A DNA stretch of 58,067 nucleotides from Anaerolineae bacterium. GTDB taxonomy: Bacteria; Chloroflexota; Anaerolineae; Aggregatilineales; J027. Position numbers and translations under genes: made by a program. A model generated the notes under the pieces. It was given only the letters and a program-made list of their open reading frames with translations. It did not search any database and was not told the DNA's origin. The stretch spans positions 1 to 58,067 of the forward strand of contig DAOTVD010000126.1 of assembly GCA_034437075.1 (NCBI GenBank). Direction: 5' to 3'. Of this stretch, positions 40,468-48,514 are shown piece by piece. How positions within the stretch are numbered: the stretch's first letter is position 1; each line of letters opens with the position of its first letter.

Positions 40468-40740
40468 ATGGTCAAGAAAAAGAAGCTGTATCAAAAACTC
40501 GTCAACAATCAAAAAAATGTGCGCTTCCCTGATTTTTTGCGGGTAATTGAAGCGTTCGGTTTTGAACAAGATCGCGTCAAAGGCAGCCATCGTGTATATA
40601 AACATCCTACTCTTCAAGATGAGTTTCTTGTGCTGCAACCAAGCAAAAGTGGCGAGGCCAAACCTTACCAGATTAAACAGTTCTTGCTATTGGTCGAAAC
40701 CTATGATCTAAGGATGGATGACAATGACGACGATGACTAA
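40468..40740 (+). CDS. hicA: HicA family toxin (type II TA)
   Basis: RFPDFLRVIEAFGF...KGSHRVYKHP...KPYQIKQ. Confidence 0.92.
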   Translation: MVKKKKLYQKLVNNQKNVRFPDFLRVIEAFGFEQDRVKGSHRVYKHPTLQDEFLVLQPSKSGEAKPYQIKQFLLLVETYDLRMDDNDDDD

Positions 40741-40954
40741 TGATTATCACATCAACATCTTTTTTAGCGTCGAAGACGAAGCCTATATTGCTGATATACC
40801 TGACCTTAAGTTTTGCTCCGCCCACGGCGAAACTCCTGAAGAAGCCTTGGCCGAGGTATTGATTGCCAAACAAGCCTGGTTAGAAGCTGCACATGAGAAT
40901 GGGCGCCCCATTCCAAAACCACGCTATCGCCCTGCAATTTATCAGGCATATTAA
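40733..40954 (+). CDS. hicB: HicB family antitoxin, short form with no DNA-binding domain
   Basis: YIADIPDLKFCSAHGETPEEALAE...AWLEAAHENGRPIPKP; start set at ATG 40733 overlapping the hicA stop. Confidence 0.93.
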   Translation: MTNDYHINIFFSVEDEAYIADIPDLKFCSAHGETPEEALAEVLIAKQAWLEAAHENGRPIPKPRYRPAIYQAY

Positions 40955-40960
40955 CTTCAC

Positions 40961-41092
40961 TGACGTTACGCACGCGCTTGGCATCCAAGGGGTTAAAACC
41001 CCTTGTTAACTTATAGCGACCTTTCATGGCCTCTTAACAAGGGGCTGAAGCCCCTTGAAGAAAGCCGATTTTGATAAAACTGCGTAACGTCA
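40961..41092. repeat. 132-bp MITE/BIME-like element: 12-bp terminal inverted repeats around two inverted REP palindromes
   Basis: TGACGTTACGCA (40961-40972) / TGCGTAACGTCA (41081-41092); CAAGGGGTTAAAACCCCTTG (40986-41005) and CAAGGGGCTGAAGCCCCTTG (41038-41057). Confidence 0.75.
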
Positions 41093-41129
41093 CAACGTCA
41101 TAAGGATTACTCTAGCAATAGTATGGCCC

Positions 41130-43547
41130 TCATCCAGCACCTGAAGCGGAGTCTTGCGTAGCCGATGTATTATCTTCTTCAGGCTTGACATGCCGCCGCC
41201 GGAAACCTAGCTTGCCTTCGGCATGATTGACCACGACTTTAACCGTATCGCCCGCTGAAAACCGTTCATCCAACAGCGCGGAGGAAAGCGGACGCAGCAA
41301 TAAGCGCTCGATAGCTCGGCGCAACGGTCGCGCGCCTTCGGTCACCGACGCGCCTTCGCGCAACAGCATCGCGCGGGCCTCCGCGCTGAGGTCGATGCGC
41401 ATATCTTGCGCGTCTAAGCGCTCGGTCAATTCGGCCAGTTGCGCATCCAAGATGCGATCCAAGGCGATGTCATCCAAGGGGCGGAAGGTGACGACCTCAT
41501 CAATACGATTGAGAAATTCCGGGCGGAAGGTGCGCTTGAGTTCCTCGCTATAATCCGGCAACTGGTCGGGCTGGGCCATAAAACCGAAGCCCTTACCGAC
41601 TGAGTCCGAACCAATATTGCTGGTCATGATCCAAACCGCGTGGCGCCCATCCACGGTCGCGCCGAGCGCATCGGTCAGGCGGCCTTCGTCGAAGACTTGC
41701 AAGAACAGGTCGAAGACTTCTACGGCGGCTTTTTCGATTTCATCCAGCAAGACCACCGAATAGGGCCGGCGGCGCAAGGCTTCGGTCAGTTGGCCGCCGC
41801 GTTCGGTGCCTTTGTAGCCGGGCGGAGCGCCGATGAGCCGCGCGGCGGTATGCTCATCATAAAATTCGGACATATCCAGGCGGATCATGGCATCATAATC
41901 GCCAAACATGAATTCCGCGATGGCCTGCGCCAGGGCTGTTTTGCCCACGCCACTCGGCCCGATGAACAAAAAGACCCCGGTCGGGCGCTGAGGATTACCC
42001 AACCCGGCACGCTGGGTTTTGATGGCATCCACCACCGTATCGACGGCATGCTCTTGGCCAAAGACCCGCGCCTTAATGTGCTCATCCATGCGGGCCACGC
42101 GCGCGCGCTCATCGGCGGTGAGGTCGGCCAAGGGAATGCCCGTCCATTCACTGAGCACTTCGCGCACATGCTGCGGCCCTACGGGGCGCGTTTCGCCATC
42201 CAGCGATTCATCCGGCGATTGAGATTGGATCACGACGCGCGCGCAGGCTTCGTCTAGCAGATCGAGCGCTTTGTCGGGCAGGCGACGGTCAGGCAAGTAA
42301 CGATCCGACAAAAGCACGGCGGCCTGGCGCGCTTCGGGGTGAATGTGGACATCGTGGTGTTCTTCGTAGCGGGCGTACACATTCTCGATAATGGCCAGCG
42401 TTTGGGTCACGGTCGGCTCGCCAATATCAATCGTGCGAAAGCGGCGGTCAAGCGCGGGGTCTTTAGCCACGGCTTTGCGATATTCTTCGAAGGTCGTGGC
42501 ACCAATGCATGAGATTTCGCCCCGGGCTAGCGCTGGTTTCAGGATATTGGCTGCGTCCAGATTGCTATCAATGGTATCGCCCGCGCCGACAATGGTGTGA
42601 ATCTCGTCAATGAACAGGATCACCCCCGGCGACGACTTCGCCTCGTCCACAATGCCGACTAGGCGCTCCTCAAATTGGCCGCGCAGGCTGGTGCCGGCCA
42701 CTAATGTCCCAATTTCCACTTGAATAATGCGCGACTCGCGCAAGGGCCGGGGCGCGGTGCCCTGGGCAATCTGCCAAGCCAAGCCTTCGACCACGGCGGT
42801 TTTGCCGACCCCCGCATCGCCGAGCAGCAGCGGATTGTTCTTTTTGCTGCGTGTCAGCGTCCGCGCGACGGCGCGAATCTCTTTTTCGCGCCCGATGGCC
42901 GCGTGCAGTTTGTTCAGGCGCGCTTGCTCGGTCAGGTCACGCCCGTATTTATCCAGCAAGGGGGTGGGCATGTTGGTGGGCATACTCGCTTCGAGGTCAT
43001 CATCCGAGAAATCGAAGGTTGGGGCGTAATCGTCATCAAAATAATCGAAGACATCATCGTCAAAATCTTCGATCTCCAGCGCATCATCCAACTGCAAATG
43101 CTCGGTCAAGTATTCGACCCAATACGCGACATCAACGCCCATCTGGCGGATTTTGCGCACGGCGACCCCTTCGCCTTCTTGCAACAAGCTGAGCAATAAT
43201 TGCTCTTGTGTCACCTCGGTTTCGCCCATGTCGTCGGCCAGATACACCGCCTGAGTCAGCACCCGATGCGCGCGGGGTGTAAAGGGCAAATATTCAGAGA
43301 GCACATCATCGCCCATGCCTACATCGCGCCGGATGGCATTGCGCACTTCGCGCGTATCCAGCCCGGACTCTAGCAAGATGCGGCTCGTAATTCCCCCTTT
43401 GATGCGGGTCAAACCATTAAAGAGATGCTCGGTACCGATGTAATTATGGCGCAAGCGCGATGCTTCGCCTTCGGCGTGTTGCAACAGATGGCCCACCAGA
43501 GTGCGGATTTCGGCATCGGTCATTTCCATTGGGGATTCGGATGACAT
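41130..43547 (-). CDS. ClpA/ClpC-family AAA+ ATPase
   Basis: Two Clp N repeats; GDAGVGKT / LFIDEIH; DRRLPDKALDLLDEA; GPSGVGKT / LLDEIEK; FRPEFLNRIDE; GARPLRR. Confidence 0.96.
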   Translation of the reverse strand: MSSESPMEMTDAEIRTLVGHLLQHAEGEASRLRHNYIGTEHLFNGLTRIKGGITSRILLESGLDTREVRNAIRRDVGMGDDVLSEYLPFTPRAHRVLTQAVYLADDMGETEVTQEQLLLSLLQEGEGVAVRKIRQMGVDVAYWVEYLTEHLQLDDALEIEDFDDDVFDYFDDDYAPTFDFSDDDLEASMPTNMPTPLLDKYGRDLTEQARLNKLHAAIGREKEIRAVARTLTRSKKNNPLLLGDAGVGKTAVVEGLAWQIAQGTAPRPLRESRIIQVEIGTLVAGTSLRGQFEERLVGIVDEAKSSPGVILFIDEIHTIVGAGDTIDSNLDAANILKPALARGEISCIGATTFEEYRKAVAKDPALDRRFRTIDIGEPTVTQTLAIIENVYARYEEHHDVHIHPEARQAAVLLSDRYLPDRRLPDKALDLLDEACARVVIQSQSPDESLDGETRPVGPQHVREVLSEWTGIPLADLTADERARVARMDEHIKARVFGQEHAVDTVVDAIKTQRAGLGNPQRPTGVFLFIGPSGVGKTALAQAIAEFMFGDYDAMIRLDMSEFYDEHTAARLIGAPPGYKGTERGGQLTEALRRRPYSVVLLDEIEKAAVEVFDLFLQVFDEGRLTDALGATVDGRHAVWIMTSNIGSDSVGKGFGFMAQPDQLPDYSEELKRTFRPEFLNRIDEVVTFRPLDDIALDRILDAQLAELTERLDAQDMRIDLSAEARAMLLREGASVTEGARPLRRAIERLLLRPLSSALLDERFSAGDTVKVVVNHAEGKLGFRRRHVKPEEDNTSATQDSASGAG

Positions 43548-43746
43548 GGTTCCCTCACTGTTTTGCTGTCTAACATTGTGCGGCGGGGGTAGGTGTAGGG
43601 CGACACCGCACCCTGTCAGTATACCGCAGCGCCCCGGCTTGTAAACCGGAAGACATTGACGTTACCGAAAGTAGGCGGAAAACGGTATACTAGCTGTAGA
43701 ATCCGGACAAGAACAACAACCAGCGCGGTAACAAGAGACTCGCCTT

Positions 43747-46221
43747 ATGGCTACAGACCCTTTGCTTAATCGAAAACTCGGTGATTACACCATCATTGAT
43801 CTGCTCGGTAAAGGCGGCATGGCCCGCGTGTATCGAGGGTATGACGAGAACCTAGATCGTTACGCCGCCGTCAAGGTCATCAGCGGTGACTTTGCCACAG
43901 CGGACGAAGCCGAATACAACGAACGGTTCTTGAAAGAAGCACGTGCCATCGCCCGCCTAAACCATCCGAATATTGTGGGGGTGTATCAATTCGGCAATGC
44001 CGAGGGCGTATATTATATGGCGATGCACTTTTTGGATGGCGAAGACCTACGCATCATCTTGCGCCGCTATGCCAAAGCGGGCCAAAAAATGCCCTACGCC
44101 GACATCTTGCGCATGGGGCGCGACATGGCCGATGCGCTCGATTATGCCCATACCGAAGGCGTGGTGCATCGCGACATTAAGCCATCGAACATCATGATTC
44201 TGAACACCAGCGGGCGCGCCGTGCTGACGGATTTTGGTCTGGCGCTCAGCGTGCCCGAAGGCACCATGGGCGATACCTTTGGCACCGCGCATTATATCGC
44301 CCCCGAGCAGGCGATTTCCTCGGCGAATGCCGTCCCTCAAAGTGACTTGTATTCGTTCGGGGTGGTGTTGTATGAGGCGCTGGCCGGGCAAGTGCCCTTC
44401 GATGAACCCTCCGCTATGAGCGTGGCCCTGAAGCACCTCAACGATAGCCCCCCGCCGCCCAGCGTCTTCAACCCCGCCTTGCCCGAAACCGCCGAAGAAG
44501 TGCTGATGCGCGCCTTGGCCAAAGACCCGGCAGAACGCTACCCCACAGGCAACGACTTACTCGACGCGCTGGAAGAAGCCCTGGGCGAAACCGCCCCCAC
44601 CAACCAACGCATCAGCACCGCCAGCAATATCGTGAGCGCAGCGCCGCCGGCAAAAGGCAACGACTGGGAATCCTATCTGAAGTCTGTGGAAGAATCCAAC
44701 GTGACGCCGCCCAGCCCCGTGCCCGATACGCCCACGGATATGCGCCCCAGGCCAGGCGAGCAAACCGAACCCTGGTCGCCCTCCATGATGGATCGCCCGT
44801 CGCAGATCGAAGCCATGGCGCGTCAGCAACAACGTAACAATATGCTGGTGCTTTTAACGCTGGTGGTGGTGCTCATTCTAGTCGGGATCATTGCCGCCGC
44901 CGTCCTGTTTTCGGGGGGTGAAGAAAATGGCGAAGACAATTTACAACAGGCGCTGGTCAGCGCGCGCCAAACCGAAAATGCCGAGAATCGCGCTGCCTCG
45001 CAAACGGCAGTCGCCCTGTTTACCGACACCCCCACGCCGACCGAAACTTTTACGCCCACGAACACCAACACACCCACCGACATACCATCGCCCACCAACA
45101 CACCCACCGACACGCCATCACCCAGCAATACACCCACCGACACGCCATCACCCACCGACACGCCATCACCCACCGACACGCCCACCGAGCTAGCGGCAAT
45201 TGCGCCCACGGCACTGCCCCCCCAGATTCGCCTGGTCTATACCAGCGACTGGATGCTCATCAGCAACCTGACAGAAGACCCGGTCGATTTACAAGCCGTG
45301 CGTTTTCAACAAGTGGGCAGTGACTTCGACCGCGAATTTGATTTTGTCAGCGATTTTGAATCCTTGAGCCGCGCCGAATTACCGCCCGATAGCTGCTTTC
45401 AGTTGGTGCGGTCGCCCAGCTTTCTCACCGAGCCCGATCTCGTGGCGCTGTGTAGCCCCGGTGATCGCATCGCCTGGGTATCGCCAGGGCGCTCGGCGTT
45501 GTTCTGGACGAACTCGGAACAAGACGGCAATTTTGTGGTGGCGCTGGGCCGCCGCACGCTCACCGAATGCTCGCTTATGCTGAATCCGCAGGGCTTCGGC
45601 ACCTGTGAATTTACCACCGAACGGCCACTCATTCTGGATAGTGGCGCCGCGCCTCCGCCAGCGGAAAGCGCCAACCGCGCCACCGACACGCCCGAACCCG
45701 ATGAGACATCCACCGAACGCGCCGCGACGGCCACTCCGACTGAAGAAGCTACCCAGGCCGCTACAGCGACCGCCACGCGCACCCCAGCCCCCACGCAGGC
45801 GGTTACCGAGGAACCATCCCCCACAGCGGAAATCGACGAGAATGCCGAGATCGAAATCGTTTATGACAATGAACGGCTGTATATCCGCAATATCTCGGGC
45901 GTGCGGCAAAACATCACGCCTTTGCGTTTCGAACAAGGGGAAACGATTGTCTTTGGCGCTGCCGAATGGCGCGATACGGGCGTGGGCTCGACCAGTCTAT
46001 TCCCGGCTGGTGCTTGTTATCTGCTGGTGACCTCGCCCCGGGCCGCGTTGCCCGTGCCCAGCGAATGTGACCGCAGCCTGGGGTGGATCCAACGCAGCAC
46101 CACGAGCCACTTCTGGATCGCGCGTAACGATGAGGTTACCACTTTTGAAGTCATTTACGACAATGACCAGATTGCAGAATGCGACATCGCAGACGGGCGT
46201 TGCACCTTTGTGTTAGAATAA
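43747..46221 (+). CDS. Transmembrane Hanks-type Ser/Thr protein kinase
   Basis: GKGGMARVY, AVK, HRDIKPSN, DFG and APE; a TM helix, P/T-rich linkers and two related Cys-containing extracellular domains. Confidence 0.96.
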   Translation: MATDPLLNRKLGDYTIIDLLGKGGMARVYRGYDENLDRYAAVKVISGDFATADEAEYNERFLKEARAIARLNHPNIVGVYQFGNAEGVYYMAMHFLDGEDLRIILRRYAKAGQKMPYADILRMGRDMADALDYAHTEGVVHRDIKPSNIMILNTSGRAVLTDFGLALSVPEGTMGDTFGTAHYIAPEQAISSANAVPQSDLYSFGVVLYEALAGQVPFDEPSAMSVALKHLNDSPPPPSVFNPALPETAEEVLMRALAKDPAERYPTGNDLLDALEEALGETAPTNQRISTASNIVSAAPPAKGNDWESYLKSVEESNVTPPSPVPDTPTDMRPRPGEQTEPWSPSMMDRPSQIEAMARQQQRNNMLVLLTLVVVLILVGIIAAAVLFSGGEENGEDNLQQALVSARQTENAENRAASQTAVALFTDTPTPTETFTPTNTNTPTDIPSPTNTPTDTPSPSNTPTDTPSPTDTPSPTDTPTELAAIAPTALPPQIRLVYTSDWMLISNLTEDPVDLQAVRFQQVGSDFDREFDFVSDFESLSRAELPPDSCFQLVRSPSFLTEPDLVALCSPGDRIAWVSPGRSALFWTNSEQDGNFVVALGRRTLTECSLMLNPQGFGTCEFTTERPLILDSGAAPPPAESANRATDTPEPDETSTERAATATPTEEATQAATATATRTPAPTQAVTEEPSPTAEIDENAEIEIVYDNERLYIRNISGVRQNITPLRFEQGETIVFGAAEWRDTGVGSTSLFPAGACYLLVTSPRAALPVPSECDRSLGWIQRSTTSHFWIARNDEVTTFEVIYDNDQIAECDIADGRCTFVLE
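45025..45189 (+). repeat. Intragenic tandem repeats encoding a T/P/S linker
   Basis: Repeated CCCACCGACACGCCATCA-type 18-mers (PTDTPS) and CCCACCAACACA-type units. Confidence 0.85.
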
Positions 46222-46239
46222 AGCGAAATAACAAGCATA

Positions 46240-47835
46240 TTGAAGCTAGTGAACGATCAAACCATCTTGGAACAGCGAACGCGCGCGCTACAGGCTATGG
46301 TCCGGGTTTCGCAACTTATCGACAGCATCGACCTGGACTATGTACTGGGTGAGATGCTCAAGATCATTACCGAAACCGTCGAGGCCTATAAAGGCAGCAT
46401 CTTTCTGCTGGATGAGAAGCTGCAACCTGTCCAACGCTTTTTGACCCAGCGTGCCCTCCCCCCCGAAATGACCCGCCAGGTCGCGCACGATGTGTTGGAT
46501 AAGGGCCTAGCGGGTTGGTGTGTGCGCCATGGACAGGGCGCTATCGTCCCCGACATCAGCCAGGATGGCCGCTGGCATATCTTCCCGGATGATCATCAGC
46601 AGGATGTCCGGTCGGCGATGTGTGTGCTCTTGCAACACGAAGGGCGGACGCTGGGCGTACTGACTTTGGTGAATCCGAACGTGGCCCATTTTCATGACGA
46701 ACACTTGCAAATCGTACAGGCCATCGCGAACCAGGCCGGGCTAGCCATTCGCAACGCCCAACTCATCGATCACCTGGAAAGCCAACAGCACGAAATGCGC
46801 CTGATGCTCGAAACAGTCAGCGATGCCCTGCTAGCCTTGGACGCCCAACTGAATGTGCGCCTCATCAACCGGCGTGCGCGCGAGTTGCTGGGTGTCGCGC
46901 CGGGCGCGGATGTGGCCGGCCAACCCTTGGCCCAATTGGCGGGGGCCTCGGTGTATACCCAAGTCGTCAGTCGCCTACAAGACCCCGCCGCCATCGAACA
47001 AGCCGCGAATATCATCGTGCGCGACGAGCCCAACCAGAAAGATTATGCGCTGCAAATCGCCAGGCTGGGCCAGCCCGACCAGCAAAGTGGGCCGGGGTAT
47101 GTGACCGTATTGCACGATGTCACCACCATCCGAGATGTGGATCGCCTGAAGACGCAAATGTTGCAAATGCTCAGCCACAACCTCAAAAACCCGATGAACA
47201 TCGTCTGGGGTTATGTCGATCTGCTGCGGATTGATAGCGAAGATGGCAAATCGACAGACCCGCGTTTTGTGGATAGCATCTTGCGGGCGCTGCAACGCAT
47301 GGAAATCTTGATCGATGAAACGCTGGCCGCCTCGCGGCACATCACCGAAGATTTTGCCATGCTTCAGCGCGATGTCTTCGCCCCCACCAAGACCATTTCC
47401 GACTTGTTGTATGACATGAACAGCCTGGCGGAAGCCAAGTCGCTGACCATTGTGCGCGATATTCAGCCCGATATGGCCCCGTTTTTGGCCTGGGCTTTCC
47501 AGATGCGCGAAGCCATGGCCAATCTGTTGGGCAACGCCATCAAATACACCCCGGAGGGCGGCACCCTGACGGTGCAGGCCCGGCGCGACGACGAGCGCTT
47601 TTCGTTCTCGGTGCAGGATACGGGCATCGGCATCCCTGGCCACCTGCAAGCTCAGCTATTCACCGAATATTACCGTGCCGAGCGCCCCGCGCTCAGAGAA
47701 ATCCCCGGTACTGGGCTGGGGCTGAGCCTCGTGAAAAAGATCGTCCAAGCCCACGAGGGCGACGTTTGGTTCCAGAGTAAAGAACACGACGGCAGTACGT
47801 TTGGGCTGTGGGTTCCTGTCGTACCGCTTGAGTAA
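46240..47835 (+). CDS. Cytoplasmic GAF-PAS-HisKA-HATPase sensor kinase with an atypical H-box
   Basis: GAF (KGLAGWCVRHGQGAIVPDISQDGRW), PAS, SHNLKNP H-box, NLLGNAIKYT, DTGIGIP and GTGLGL; TTG start is uncertain. Confidence 0.92.
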   Translation: MKLVNDQTILEQRTRALQAMVRVSQLIDSIDLDYVLGEMLKIITETVEAYKGSIFLLDEKLQPVQRFLTQRALPPEMTRQVAHDVLDKGLAGWCVRHGQGAIVPDISQDGRWHIFPDDHQQDVRSAMCVLLQHEGRTLGVLTLVNPNVAHFHDEHLQIVQAIANQAGLAIRNAQLIDHLESQQHEMRLMLETVSDALLALDAQLNVRLINRRARELLGVAPGADVAGQPLAQLAGASVYTQVVSRLQDPAAIEQAANIIVRDEPNQKDYALQIARLGQPDQQSGPGYVTVLHDVTTIRDVDRLKTQMLQMLSHNLKNPMNIVWGYVDLLRIDSEDGKSTDPRFVDSILRALQRMEILIDETLAASRHITEDFAMLQRDVFAPTKTISDLLYDMNSLAEAKSLTIVRDIQPDMAPFLAWAFQMREAMANLLGNAIKYTPEGGTLTVQARRDDERFSFSVQDTGIGIPGHLQAQLFTEYYRAERPALREIPGTGLGLSLVKKIVQAHEGDVWFQSKEHDGSTFGLWVPVVPLE

Positions 47836-47924
47836 CCCACCATCATGCTGCTGGATACCAATATGAACGACATACAACACAAAATCAGTTCCTATCGCAC
47901 CGCTTGAGTAACCCACCATGATGC
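47812..47924 (+). repeat. 37-bp imperfect direct repeat duplicating the kinase-GNAT junction
   Basis: GTTCCT(G/A)TCG(T/C)ACCGCTTGAGTAACCCACCAT(C/G)ATGC at 47812-47848 and 47888-47924. Confidence 0.9.
47845..47907 (+). pseudogene. 20-aa mini-ORF MLLDTNMNDIQHKISSYRTA; possible PIN/VapC N-terminal remnant
   Basis: Lies inside the junction duplication. LLDTN matches the first PIN-domain motif, but that is only five residues. Confidence 0.3.
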
Positions 47925-48514
47925 CCTATCAGGTACGCCCATTGCGCCGCGAGGACATCCCACGCTTAACGGAGATCAACCCCACATTTACCGCGCAGAC
48001 CGTTTTGCGCATCTCCCGCACGGGGGCGTCGCCCTTCCAAGGTTGGCACCTGGAAGAAATCCCTCGCCAGACCCCCTTTCATAAGGGCCGCGCTTACGAC
48101 TTCGATGCCCAAGAACGCGCCCACATCAACCGCCGCCATGCCCAAGCAATTCACCTGCAAGAGGTGGTCGAAGACCCGGCCAAGGGTAAACTCGTCGGCA
48201 TTCTGGATGTTGAATACGAAAGCTGGCGCCACACCGCCTGGATATGGAATTTAATGCTCGATGTCAACACCCGGGGGCGCGGCCTGGGGCGTTTGCTGTT
48301 TCAACATACCCTAGCGTGGAGTCGCCAGCATGGCTTGCGCGCCATCCTGCTGGAAACCCAGAGCAACAACACCCCCGCCTGCCGTTTTTATGCCCATTTA
48401 GGGTTTCAACTGGTCGGGGTGCATGATATATTCTACACAAATGATGATCGACAACGCGAGGAGGTCGCGCTATTTTGGGCCTATACACTCACCCCATCCG
48501 ACGCTACGCGCTGA
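47918..48514 (+). CDS. GNAT acetyltransferase resembling the streptothricin acetyltransferase (Sat) group
   Basis: RGRGLG acetyl-CoA motif; LETQSNNTPACRFYAHLGF...E.ALFW. Confidence 0.85.
   Translation: MMPYQVRPLRREDIPRLTEINPTFTAQTVLRISRTGASPFQGWHLEEIPRQTPFHKGRAYDFDAQERAHINRRHAQAIHLQEVVEDPAKGKLVGILDVEYESWRHTAWIWNLMLDVNTRGRGLGRLLFQHTLAWSRQHGLRAILLETQSNNTPACRFYAHLGFQLVGVHDIFYTNDDRQREEVALFWAYTLTPSDATR

Larger units (their letters stand above)
40416..41155. mobile_element. Integrase-less hicAB cassette bounded by an exact 32-bp direct repeat
   Basis: TGGCCCTCATCCAGCACCTGAAGCGGAGTCTT at 40416-40447 and 41124-41155. Interior is AT-richer: 25/60 GC on the line starting 40501 versus 42/60 on the line starting 40321. 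Confidence 0.8.

Noticed and set aside
40416-41155. Prophage or ICE attL/attR interpretation of the 32-bp repeat
   Set aside because: Only about 0.7 kb lies between the copies, with no integrase, phage or conjugation genes and no tRNA target.
43595-43614. GTAGGGCG...CACCCT REP-like imperfect palindrome upstream of the Clp gene
   Set aside because: Single copy with a bulged stem; cannot be separated from chance.
45025-45189. Short tandem repeats as a possible CRISPR array
   Set aside because: They are in-frame P/T linker codons with no unique spacers and no cas genes. No CRISPR array is visible anywhere in the window.
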